Positions 1-9,270 are shown, counted from the stretch's first letter. The stretch: DNA of 64,000 nt from Candidatus Latescibacterota bacterium (GCA_965208125.1 OZ242320.1:1376001-1440000), one strand, 5' to 3'. Numbers and translations: made by a program. The notes: generated from the letters alone by a model not told the origin.

Positions 1-699
1 GCCGCCGGTGTGACCCCTCCTCAGGACTACTACCCTCTCATTCGGGAAATCTGTGACCGGCACAATATCCTGATGATCGTCGATGAAGTCGTCACTGGCT
101 TTGGCAGGACAGGCCGCAACTTTGGCATCGAACACTGGGATGTGATCCCCGACATTATAGCGACCGGAAAAGGATTGAGCAGCGGCTATACGCCCATAGC
201 CGCAACCGTCGTCCACGAAAAGATCTACGACGCCATCTACAGGGAATCCGTCTCATTTGTACACGGACACACCTATGGCGGAAACCCCCTTTCCTGCGCC
301 ACGGCCCTGGCCGTGCAAAACTACATTCAGACCCATGATCTGGTATCGAACTGCGCCCGGATGGGCGACCTGATGCTGGAAAAACTCATGCCTCTGCAGG
401 ACCTGCCGATCGTCGGAGGCATACGCGGGAAGGGCCTGCTGATCGGCATCGAATTCGTGGCCGACAAATCCACGCGTGCCCCTTTCGACCTCTCAAAAGG
501 GGTGACCGCAAGGATCGTGGATTTGGCTCTCGAAAAAGGGGTACTGGTCATGCCCGGAGCTCCCGGCCTGGTCGATGGTATCGAAGGCGACCATATCGCC
601 ATCAGTCCTCCTTTCACCATCACCGAAACGGAAGTACAGCACGTTGTCGATGTGATAGGTGAAACCATTGAGGAGATCTCGGCACAGCTATGCGAGTAG
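1..699 (+). CDS. Class III PLP aminotransferase, 5' truncated by window edge
   Basis: DEVVTGFGRTG, GKGLSSGY and HGHTYGGNP motifs; frame open from base 1. Confidence 0.9.
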   Translation, partial: AAGVTPPQDYYPLIREICDRHNILMIVDEVVTGFGRTGRNFGIEHWDVIPDIIATGKGLSSGYTPIAATVVHEKIYDAIYRESVSFVHGHTYGGNPLSCATALAVQNYIQTHDLVSNCARMGDLMLEKLMPLQDLPIVGGIRGKGLLIGIEFVADKSTRAPFDLSKGVTARIVDLALEKGVLVMPGAPGLVDGIEGDHIAISPPFTITETEVQHVVDVIGETIEEISAQLCE

Positions 700-732
700 G
701 CACAAAAAAAATTCTCGGCCTGGAGAGGGAAT

Positions 733-2334
733 ATGACAGAAACAGCCCATCGGATCCTCTATGTGAGCGACCCATCCACGATCGCACGCACTGTATTGCC
801 CGACCCAGTAAGAGAAGCGGACCTGCGCAAATGGGTGGATATGGTCGCGGACAGCGGAATAGATATATTCAATCAGGAGATATTCTCTCAAGGATGGACG
901 GCCTACTGGCAATCCGCACACTATGAATACGACCAGCGCCCTCAGCACCAGCGGTTCAGACCGTTAATCGAAGCGGGCACACAGCCTTTGGACATCCTCA
1001 TCGACCAATCGCACCAACGCGGCATGCAATTTATCGCTGGCTTCCGCATGAATGACGGCCATGCCGCACACAACCGCAAACAGGGCGTTGGCATTGCCGA
1101 ATATATTGAATCCAACCCACATCTGCGGTTGCACGACCCGCGCCCCGGGCAGAACTACCAGGAACCAGAAGCACTCGACTTTACACATCGTGAAGTTCGA
1201 GAATTCACCTATGGCATCGTAGAAGAAGCCGCCTGCGGTTTTGACATCGACGGTGTAGAACTGTGTTTTCGAGACACGGCCTACTTCCCCCCGCACCATG
1301 CTGCCGAACGCGCACACCTCCTGACAGATCTCATACAAAATATCCGCACGCGACTGAATGAACACAGCAAAGAAACCGGCAAAAAACTCATATTTGGCGC
1401 GCGCATTTACGCAACGCCGGCAGAATGCGCGAGTCAGGGTCTGGACATTTGCAATTGGATACAGAATGGATTACTCGACTACATCAGCCCTCAAGACACG
1501 ATGTATGCCGACCACAATTTGCCCTATTCGGAATGGTCGGCACTAACCCGGGAAACAGAGTGCCTGCTCTACCCTGGCCTGCTTCCGTGGAACAGCTACC
1601 GCGCGCGCTACCGCCTCGGACGCATCCCCTTAAGCCCCGCCACCTGCCGCGCACTCGCACACACCATGTACGGCGCCGGTGCAAATGGCATATCGATCTA
1701 CAACCATTTTGTGCCTTCCGTATGGCAACCGCCTTTTTATCCCCAGGGCCTGCAAGTCTTCCACCAGCTCCGCGACCCCGAGCGCGTCGCGCGCGGCGAA
1801 CGGCACTACATCTTCGATCCCACCTGGGACGGATTCAGCGGTTTTGGAGCCAATGGCAGATGCAGCACTGGCGTAACCAACGCACAACAACTTCGACTAT
1901 CGCGCAGCGACCAGCGCCCCACGGGTGAATTTCGCTTTCAACTCTTCGAAAACCTGCAACACGCGCATTGCGCGACACTCCTCTTTCGGGGATTTGGCCT
2001 GACCGGGAGCGATGAACTGGGCGTGCGTCTCAACGGCCATGCCATCCCCGACGAAGCCATCGGACGCACCGCATCTTCTGATCGCGTCACAACCGTAGAT
2101 TCGACACGGGAAAAAGACGGCAGAAACATACCCTGTACCGCACAGGGCGGACGGATCGAATTTCGCGCACTCGCGGAAAAACCCGTCTTTTCCACGCGCT
2201 GGTTTGCGCTCTCAGACCCGCTCGTCGAACGCGGTGACAACTACCTGTTCATCACACTCACCAAAAGCGACCCCAAAGCCACATCTCCCACAATTGTAAT
2301 CGACGAAGTAGAGATATTCGTCGAACCGCAGTGA
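733..2334 (+). CDS. Glycoside hydrolase-like TIM-barrel protein (GHL10-like)
   Basis: FRMNDGH, LDFTHREVREF and FDIDGVELCF motifs; RBS GGAGAGGG upstream. Confidence 0.6.
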   Translation: MTETAHRILYVSDPSTIARTVLPDPVREADLRKWVDMVADSGIDIFNQEIFSQGWTAYWQSAHYEYDQRPQHQRFRPLIEAGTQPLDILIDQSHQRGMQFIAGFRMNDGHAAHNRKQGVGIAEYIESNPHLRLHDPRPGQNYQEPEALDFTHREVREFTYGIVEEAACGFDIDGVELCFRDTAYFPPHHAAERAHLLTDLIQNIRTRLNEHSKETGKKLIFGARIYATPAECASQGLDICNWIQNGLLDYISPQDTMYADHNLPYSEWSALTRETECLLYPGLLPWNSYRARYRLGRIPLSPATCRALAHTMYGAGANGISIYNHFVPSVWQPPFYPQGLQVFHQLRDPERVARGERHYIFDPTWDGFSGFGANGRCSTGVTNAQQLRLSRSDQRPTGEFRFQLFENLQHAHCATLLFRGFGLTGSDELGVRLNGHAIPDEAIGRTASSDRVTTVDSTREKDGRNIPCTAQGGRIEFRALAEKPVFSTRWFALSDPLVERGDNYLFITLTKSDPKATSPTIVIDEVEIFVEPQ

Positions 2335-2378
2335 AGACCCAAAGCTCTGCACTTCAGATTATAAGGAGGAATTGTGTG

Positions 2379-3194
2379 ATGAAAGTTCTGATCATGTGTG
2401 ACATGGAAGGCGTAAGCGGCATCGTCGTGTGGGAGCAGGTCAGCGGCGGGGCGGCCATGTACGAAGAGGGTCGCAAGCTGTATACCGAAGAGATCAACGC
2501 CGCTGTGCGCGGCGCCAAGGCCGCCGGGGCTACGCAGGTCGTCGTGGTTGACTGTCACGGCGCCGGAAAGGGGTGGACGTTCAACTCCCTGATCCCTGAC
2601 CGGCTCGACCCCGACTGTGAATGGGTCGCCCACCACGCATGGGGCCGCTATACCGAAATGTGGGAAAACGGATGCGACGCCTGCCTGCTCATCGGCATGC
2701 ACGCCCGCAACAACACGCCGGATGGGGTGCTGAGCCATACCATCTCGGGCGTGAAATACAGGAACCTCTGGTTCAACGACGATCTGGTCGGCGAAACCGG
2801 CGTCAACGCCGCTCTCAACGGGCACTACAACGTACCGGTTGTGCTCGTCACTGGCGATGAGGCAGTCTGCCGGGAGGCGCGGGAACTGCTCGGCGACCGC
2901 CTCCCGACCGTCGCTGTGAAAAAGGGACTTAGCCGATTCAGCGCCCGCCAGATCGCACCGGCCCGCGCCCGTCAGATGATCGAAGACGGCGTCCGAAACG
3001 CCCTGCAAGATCTCACCGTCACCCGCCCCTATGTGCCGGATAAACCGACGACGATCAAGATAGAAGTCGGTAGCGTAGAAAAACTCGCCGATTTCAAGGG
3101 CCGTCCGGGCATCGAAATCACCGGCCCCCTGACCGCCGAAAGCAGAGCGGCAGACTGGATGGCGGCCTGGAACCGGTTCTGGCCCTTTCCCTAA
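2379..3194 (+). CDS. M55 family D-aminopeptidase (DppA-like)
   Basis: DMEGVSG, VDCHG, GMHAR and SHTIS motifs; AAGGAGG RBS before ATG 2379. Confidence 0.9.
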   Translation: MKVLIMCDMEGVSGIVVWEQVSGGAAMYEEGRKLYTEEINAAVRGAKAAGATQVVVVDCHGAGKGWTFNSLIPDRLDPDCEWVAHHAWGRYTEMWENGCDACLLIGMHARNNTPDGVLSHTISGVKYRNLWFNDDLVGETGVNAALNGHYNVPVVLVTGDEAVCREARELLGDRLPTVAVKKGLSRFSARQIAPARARQMIEDGVRNALQDLTVTRPYVPDKPTTIKIEVGSVEKLADFKGRPGIEITGPLTAESRAADWMAAWNRFWPFP

Positions 3195-3340
3195 ACAGAA
3201 ATCGGTGTAGCCCCCGTCGCAAACTGGCATACGGTTAACCGAAAGCGGCACGAAGTTGCCCGATACCCACCTCAGAAAACGATTTCTATGCCCACCAATC
3301 CGTTCAATTCTAAGGGCTTTTCAAAGTGTACTTGCAGAAT

Positions 3341-3778
3341 CTACTGGCAATCAGGAATTTCAAATTCTCCAATATACATCTGGGCCAGTTTCTTGCGCAG
3401 TTTGGGAATCGCGCCTCCGACCGTCTTTCCACCGCGCGACTTACCAAACAGGTGTTGGCTCACGCTGGGAACTGAGATGCCGAGTTGTTGGGAAATTTCG
3501 TGTTCGGTCATTTTCCTGAAAAAGTAAAGGTGTACTATTTCCCTTTGTCTGGGGGTAAGAACCTCATCCATCAGCTTGAGAACTAGCGGTATTAATCGGG
3601 ATGTCCACTCACGCTGACGAAATCGTGCCTGGACATCTTCCTCTGTCTCGTAGTGCGGATTCTGTTCAAGAGAGAATTGTTCAAGGATGTTCTGGTCAAC
3701 CCGAACTTCCCAGAAATCAGGATTGAATTTCGTTCTGCGGGAAAGTCTGGTTTGGGATTTGTTGTAGGATTTGCTCAA
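3341..3778 (-). CDS. Sigma-70 region-4-type HTH protein with no recognisable region 2
   Basis: LTPRQREIVHLYFF..MTEHEISQQLGISVPSVSQHL; TTG start at 3778 chosen from the GGAGG RBS. Confidence 0.75.
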   Translation of the reverse strand: MSKSYNKSQTRLSRRTKFNPDFWEVRVDQNILEQFSLEQNPHYETEEDVQARFRQREWTSRLIPLVLKLMDEVLTPRQREIVHLYFFRKMTEHEISQQLGISVPSVSQHLFGKSRGGKTVGGAIPKLRKKLAQMYIGEFEIPDCQ

Positions 3779-3821
3779 ACCGACACCTCCTGTCACTTCA
3801 GCGGAGAGGGGGTGCCGGGCC

Positions 3822-3904
3822 AAAAAAACACGGTTGAACAGCCCCTTTCCATTAGAAAAGTGGAAAAGGCCCATCCAACCGTTATTAGCGGCTGGGCTGA
3901 CCAA
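3822..3904 (-). ncRNA. Putative structured RNA, copy 1 (three-way junction, CUAAUAA loop, U7 tail) in the leader of the sigma-4 gene
   Basis: CCAGCCG-CUAAUAA-CGGUUGG hairpin, CCUUUUCCA/UGGAAAGGG hairpin, closing stem, then a U run; G-U pairs only on the minus strand. Confidence 0.5.
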
Positions 3905-3938
3905 AGGCGTAATCTTTGGCCTTTATTTTATCAATTTC

Positions 3939-3967
3939 AATATATCTCAGATACTCTTTGGTGTCAA
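3939..3967 (-). promoter_or_regulatory. Sigma70-type promoter
   Basis: TTGACA-17bp-TATATT on the minus strand. Confidence 0.7.
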
Positions 3968-3977
3968 GACTTTAGGA

Positions 3978-4047
3978 AGAAAAAGTGCCCTGGCGGGCCC
4001 CTTTTCAGGGCGGCGACCGTTATTAGCGGCCACCTCCCACCAGGGCA
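3978..4047 (-). ncRNA. Putative structured RNA, copy 2 (three-way junction, CUAAUAA loop, GAAA tetraloop, U tail)
   Basis: 12-bp P1 UGCCCUGGUGGG/CCCGCCAGGGCA, 8-bp P2 GGUGGCCG-CUAAUAA-CGGUCGCC, P3 CCCU-GAAA-AGGG. Confidence 0.6.
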
Positions 4048-4460
4048 ATAAACCGTAAAGGTCTTCACCTATACACAAAATATAAGGCACTTTTCAAAGT
4101 CCTATAGTAAAAATTCGAAAAAAAATATAATCATAGGTGTGTTTCTCTACACAACGGATTTCGACCGACAAAAGGGCGCGTATATCCCGGATGTGTTACA
4201 GATTCAGGTACCGCAACCTGAAACGCGTTACCGCATTCAATATCGCGTGCGTCACCATCCCGGCAATCCAGTCGGTGTCAAAGGCAAGGGGTTTTATCAG
4301 AAATGCGCGTAAAACCCACTCGCAGAGAGCTTTAGCGTTGGGTCGCATGGCGAAGGGCTTAGAATTTGCGGGGTGGCTTTAGCTTGGGGATAGTCCTCAA
4401 GGGACTATCGGTGGCGGTGGAGCGGTGTACAAGTGCGCCAGCACTTCATCAACATTTTGC

Positions 4461-4489
4461 TTGACACAAACAGAGCATAAATATATATT
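4461..4489 (+). promoter_or_regulatory. Promoter for tnpB, probably a hybrid across the insertion junction; leaderless mRNA
   Basis: TTGACA-17bp-TATATT; the ATG lies 7 nt after the -10 box with no RBS. Confidence 0.6.
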
Positions 4490-5662
4490 TTTATTATGGT
4501 TAAGTCATTAAAATACAGATTGCGTCCAACCCAAAAGCAAGAACAAATCTTGCTGGCGCATATTGACGAATGTCGTATTCTCTACAACCAACTACTCTGT
4601 GCCAGAATACAAGCATGGAAAAATGAGAATAAGTCTCTCTCGCAATATGACCAGACCAAAACAATACCATTGTTAAAACAACAACACGCCGCATTCAAGC
4701 AAGTATATAGTCAAGTGTTGCAACAAGTATCACAGAGAGTAGATTGGGCATTCAAAGGATTCTTTCGTCGCATCAAACAGAAAGAAAAGACGGGCGAGAA
4801 ATCTGGCTTTCCCAGATACAAGGGTCAGAATCGCTATGATTCTATCACCTATCCCTCAGTTTGCCAATGGATGTCGATTGGACAACAAGGGTTTGCGATT
4901 GGGCAGTATTGGTTGCATTCGCATTGTCCAGCACAGGCCACTTGAGGGTATCCCTAAGTCTTGCACAATCACACGCACAGCAACAGGCAAATGGTTTGTA
5001 TCTATCTCTTGCGATATTGGCGAAAAAGATAAGAAACCAAACACTAACTCTGCTGTTGGCATTGACGTGGGTCTCAATTCCTTTGCGGTCACCAGTGACG
5101 GACAGAAAATAGAGAATCAGAGATTTTTTCGCAAAGAGGAAAAAACCCTTGCCAGAGCACAGCGCAAATGGGACGCGGTGAAAAAAAGACCCAAGACCGA
5201 CGCCACAAAAGAAAAACGTCGTAAAGTCATTGCCAGAGTGCATGAGCGTATCCGTAATAAGCGACATAACTTTGCTCATCAAGAATCAAGAAAAATGGTC
5301 AATCGTCACAATTTCATAGCCGTCGAGAAATTGGACGTTAAAGAGATGCAGAAGAACAAGCGATTGTCTAAATCAATAGCAGACGTAGCATGGTCCCTGT
5401 TTCGGCACTGTCTCAAATACAAAGCGGAAGAAGCTGGTATTGGATTCAAAGCCGTCAAGCCTGACTATACGTCACAAGATTGCTCTGCATGCGGACATAG
5501 AGAGAAGAAAGCACTTTCTGATCGTGTGCATCATTGCAAGGCGTGTGGCTATACGACGGACAGAGACCACAATGCTGCGATAAACATATTGACGTTGGGG
5601 CTACAACGTCAGGCGGATTGACCGCCAAGAAGCTCAACTGCTCTATCGTTGGGAGTAGTCAC
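4466..5662 (+). mobile_element. Non-autonomous IS200/IS605-family (IS1341-like, tnpB only) element
   Basis: tnpB with no tnpA; right end GAAGCTC...GGGAGTAGTCAC; left junction placed after a TAM-like TTGAC (+/-1 bp). Confidence 0.75.
4496..5621 (+). pseudogene. tnpB: RNA-guided endonuclease TnpB split by a +1 frameshift near 4853-4855
   Basis: N-terminal KYRLRPT..Q HTH, GIDVG, AVEKL, CSACG/CKACG zinc finger, DRDHNAAINI; removing one C gives SITYPQFANG in one frame. Confidence 0.9.
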
Positions 5663-7893
5663 CGATAATTGTCCTGGTAGGGATTTGCCCCATGGAACGC
5701 ACTGTAAAGCGGCTGCCAATCCCAGCTCGGGCCCACATCCCGTGTGGTTAGAGGACGATTCAGGTCTAACTTATCTCCCAGATCCCTGAGGTCCATGAGC
5801 TTGTAAAGAGGATGTCCTTTGTCGATAAGTTTATCTTTTTGCTTGTGGACAACTCCATAGAGATCAATGGGAAGCATGTCGTAGTTTGGAACGCGAAAGC
5901 CCGGAGGTATCGCAATAGGCGTAACGAGTAAGCCGTTGTGGTCTCGGCTGACGGCTCCTCGTGAGATAAAGGTAAGTCCTTTCAGGTTTTGAGTTATTTG
6001 TCTTGCGTTTTCTTCTTTGCCGTTGGAGGTATCGTGTTCATAAATTTCTGTCACGGGACTTGAGATGAGATTGGAGATGAACGCGTTTTGTTCCCAGACG
6101 CCATAGTGAACGAGTGAAAAGGTTTTTTGGGGTTTGGAGGTAGCAGCTTCGCGATGGTAAAAGAGATTGCCTATGAAGGTATTGTTGATGGGATGTGTGA
6201 ACTTGAATCGTTCTTCTGGGGGCGTGGTATGGGTATAAGTACCTTGTTGAACTGCCTGTTGTGTCTCGCTGAGTCGTCGTGCGACAAAGTCCCTTCGAGA
6301 ATATTTCCCCATAAAGTTTACAAAAGGCACATCGGCTGGTGCATCAAACGTGTTATAAGCAACACACCAATCGGTAGTGGCACTGTGCCCGCCCTGTGGA
6401 CCCGCTGCGCCTTCACCCATACGAAAGATAGCGATGGTGTTTCCATTGCCCCCAGGTGTATTTCTTCCGTTGACGCGAAAATAGTTGCCGACTATGATGT
6501 GGTTTGTATCCCACCCGATGATGGACATCGCCGCTCGTTGTAAAAAATAGCTGTGAACAATATAAGCATAGCCTCCCCCTCGCAAACTGAGGTATCTGTT
6601 ACAGTCTTCCACCGTGTTGTTGAGCCAGAGAAAACCTCCCATTTTGCCAACAAAGTGTTCTTCATCGCCTTCGCGATTGCCCGCGATTAAATTTGCATCA
6701 AAGATACTCTCGGAATCTCGATTACCAATGCGGCCGAGTCTCGAAAAGCTATTCTCTATATTTTGAAAAAAATTGTGATCAACCCGCACGCTGATGGGAT
6801 TGTTTGTGCCTTGCCCCTGTTCTAGTCCACCAGATCCGACATGGGTGTTATCGAGCAGGATATGAGCCCTGTTGATGAAGGCACAATGGTCAATTCGAGT
6901 AAACCGGGCTACTTTGTCGTTGGCTCTGAGGGAAGTGCCAAGGAGGCCTCCTGTCCACCTATCTGCCTGGCCGCGGGGATAAAAAACACACTCTGTGATG
7001 CGATTGTGATCCCCTCTAATGGTAATCGGCTTGGGATACTGGGTTCTGCCTATTTTAGTATTTGAACTGATATCTTGAAAGATAAACCCATGAAACACAT
7101 TGTGATCGCCTGAGATATCAAAAACAGTGTTTCCCGTAATAATAACCGCCCCAGGGGTGACAGCCCGCAGTTCAAACGTATCGTACCGACTGACGTCCGT
7201 TTTTGAAAACGCAATATGCCCTAAGTCTGTGTAAGTGCCATCTGCAAAAACGATGGTCGCGGGACCCGATACATCCTCTATGACGCTGGCGATATCGTCG
7301 GTGGTGGGAGAAACCGTAACGGTCTGCTTTTTGTAAATTGACACAGTCGTTGAGCCTATTTTATTCCTCGTTTGCGACAGCAACTCTACAACGAGAAAGT
7401 AAGTCTCGTTTTGCCACTCTGCAGGTTCGATTTTCAATCGCACTTCTCCTGTTTTTTCATCGATAGCGAAAGTGGCTGCTTTTTGTTGGTGATCTTCTTG
7501 TGTGGATTCCAAAACGTAATGGTGAACGGCTGCAAGATTCCCTTTGAGAAGAATGACGCCAATGGACTCGCCTGTTTTGGCAAGCGTCGAAACCCCAAAG
7601 AGCGATTCACCTTGAAGATCACTGACGGACCCGGTAGTTCTTTTGCCAAAGCTACTGACAAAAACCAGAAAATCGTCAAATCCAATCGCACCATCGCCAT
7701 TCAGGTCGTATCTTGCCTCATACATCTTTTGACCTTCCTGAGACCCAAACGCGCCTACAAACAACAAAAAGTCGGAAAAATCGACCACACCACTCTCGTC
7801 AAAGTCGGGCGAAGGCACCGCAGACAGCGATTGGATCAACAGCGCGATGAGCACAATTGTAAGCGTTTGTGCTAAACGCATGCGAAGTAGCAT
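5659..7893 (-). CDS. Secreted polysaccharide lyase, PL6/chondroitinase B-like beta-helix, with N-terminal dockerin-like double EF-hand and cadherin-like domain
   Basis: Signal peptide; DFDESGVVDFSDF and DLNGDGAIGFDDF; GPATIVFADGTY, RIDHCAF, LSLRGG, RPLTTRDVGPSW. Confidence 0.7.
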   Translation of the reverse strand: MLLRMRLAQTLTIVLIALLIQSLSAVPSPDFDESGVVDFSDFLLFVGAFGSQEGQKMYEARYDLNGDGAIGFDDFLVFVSSFGKRTTGSVSDLQGESLFGVSTLAKTGESIGVILLKGNLAAVHHYVLESTQEDHQQKAATFAIDEKTGEVRLKIEPAEWQNETYFLVVELLSQTRNKIGSTTVSIYKKQTVTVSPTTDDIASVIEDVSGPATIVFADGTYTDLGHIAFSKTDVSRYDTFELRAVTPGAVIITGNTVFDISGDHNVFHGFIFQDISSNTKIGRTQYPKPITIRGDHNRITECVFYPRGQADRWTGGLLGTSLRANDKVARFTRIDHCAFINRAHILLDNTHVGSGGLEQGQGTNNPISVRVDHNFFQNIENSFSRLGRIGNRDSESIFDANLIAGNREGDEEHFVGKMGGFLWLNNTVEDCNRYLSLRGGGYAYIVHSYFLQRAAMSIIGWDTNHIIVGNYFRVNGRNTPGGNGNTIAIFRMGEGAAGPQGGHSATTDWCVAYNTFDAPADVPFVNFMGKYSRRDFVARRLSETQQAVQQGTYTHTTPPEERFKFTHPINNTFIGNLFYHREAATSKPQKTFSLVHYGVWEQNAFISNLISSPVTEIYEHDTSNGKEENARQITQNLKGLTFISRGAVSRDHNGLLVTPIAIPPGFRVPNYDMLPIDLYGVVHKQKDKLIDKGHPLYKLMDLRDLGDKLDLNRPLTTRDVGPSWDWQPLYSAFHGANPYQDNYR

Positions 7894-7934
7894 ATTAAAT
7901 TCCTTCTACGGAGCCTGACCTCGTATAACCCGCC

Positions 7935-9257
7935 CTATGAAACAACCTCATCAAGGGCATTTCCAACCGACAGAATCAGACCATCGATGTGCTCATCCTG
8001 CGTCGGAAGACTAATCGCACACATAGTCAATCCCTGCCCGCAGAAATAGCCCTGATTGAGCAGAGACAGGAACACAGCGTGTGCCATCGCCTTGTCTGAC
8101 CGGATCGAATCGCGATAATCGTGCAACCGGTCAATGCCAAAGTGGATACCGAACACCGACCCCGTCACAACAACCTGCGCCATAACGTCCCGTTCGGTGA
8201 ACAAATCTTCCAGACCGATCTTCAGCCGATTCCCCAGACGATTCAGATGCGCGTAAGCCTCGTCCGTCATAGACTCGAGCGTCGCGATCCCCGCAGCCAT
8301 CGCAACGGCGTGACTGCTGTGGGTACCACTCTGAAAAACAGATGAAGACCCACTGGAATTATCCACCAGATCCATAATATCTGCTCGCCCGCCAAAAGCC
8401 CCAACGGGAAACCCGCCGCCGATCATCTTGCCAAAACACGTCAAATCGGGTCTGATCCCCACATGACTCTGCAGGCCACCCTTCGCCTGACGAAAACCGA
8501 CAATCTCATCGAGAATCAGCAAAATGCCGAGTTCCTCGGTAATCGCGCGCACCCGCTGGATAAAATCGTGCCGGATCGGGATAATACCTGCCTTGGGATC
8601 GAGAATCACACACGCCAGTTCATCCCGGTGGCGCGACAAAAGCCGCTCGACACTCTCCTCATCGTTATAGGGTAAAACAATCACATCCTCAAGCGCGTGC
8701 AACGCCATACCCCCCGCACTGGGAACCGCATTGGGCGCAGACGCTTCACCCGCGGATTCCAGCGGCGGGGCAGTGCTAATTTCCACAGCATCGTGACTCC
8801 CGTGGTAACCTCCCTCGAACTTCGCGATCTTCGGCCTGCCGCTGAAACATCTCGCCAGCCGGACCGCGTGCAGTGTGGCTTCGGTCCCGGAACTAACAAA
8901 CCGGATGCGCTCAACCGAAGATATGCGCTCGCACATCATCCGCGCCAACCGGGTCTCGACCCCCGTTGCAGCGCCAAGTGCAATACCATCGACTATCTGC
9001 CTCTCCACCGCTTCTACGATCGCAGGATGGTTATGCCCCAGAACCTGCGCAGTGTGGTGATTCGAGAAATCGACATAAGACCTGCCGTCAACATCTTCGA
9101 GCACACATCCCTCTCCCCGCCTCAGCGTAATCGGATACGGCGCAAAAAAATAGGCGCCCTTGGCGGCGCCGGCATTCACCGATCGACCATCCTCAAACAT
9201 CTGACGGGACATCGGCGTCAATTCGCGATATCTAACTTCAATAGTCTCTCGTGACAT
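7935..9257 (-). CDS. Class III aminotransferase, glutamate-1-semialdehyde aminomutase-like
   Basis: SGTEA, FEGGYHG, DEIVGFR and FGKMIGGGFPVG motifs. Confidence 0.85.
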   Translation of the reverse strand: MSRETIEVRYRELTPMSRQMFEDGRSVNAGAAKGAYFFAPYPITLRRGEGCVLEDVDGRSYVDFSNHHTAQVLGHNHPAIVEAVERQIVDGIALGAATGVETRLARMMCERISSVERIRFVSSGTEATLHAVRLARCFSGRPKIAKFEGGYHGSHDAVEISTAPPLESAGEASAPNAVPSAGGMALHALEDVIVLPYNDEESVERLLSRHRDELACVILDPKAGIIPIRHDFIQRVRAITEELGILLILDEIVGFRQAKGGLQSHVGIRPDLTCFGKMIGGGFPVGAFGGRADIMDLVDNSSGSSSVFQSGTHSSHAVAMAAGIATLESMTDEAYAHLNRLGNRLKIGLEDLFTERDVMAQVVVTGSVFGIHFGIDRLHDYRDSIRSDKAMAHAVFLSLLNQGYFCGQGLTMCAISLPTQDEHIDGLILSVGNALDEVVS

Positions 9258-9270
9258 AGCACAATCTCCA

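Noticed and set aside
3205-3275. c-di-GMP-I riboswitch-like words (GCAAA, GAAA, GTTGCC)
   Set aside because: The elements are out of order, the stems do not form convincingly, and there is no downstream co-oriented gene
3978-4047. tRNA gene (anticodon-like loop)
   Set aside because: No D arm, no TTC T-loop and no 7-bp acceptor/CCA geometry; only an anticodon-like hairpin
3341-5662. Sigma factor plus TnpB as an RNA-guided transcription system (dCas12f/TldR-like)
   Set aside because: The TnpB keeps all RuvC catalytic residues, has IS ends, is frameshifted and interrupts the lyase gene end; adjacency is best explained by chance insertion
7935-9257. Calling this gene hemL
   Set aside because: It lacks the SPVRAF N-terminal signature and sits in a catabolic operon; more likely a paralog
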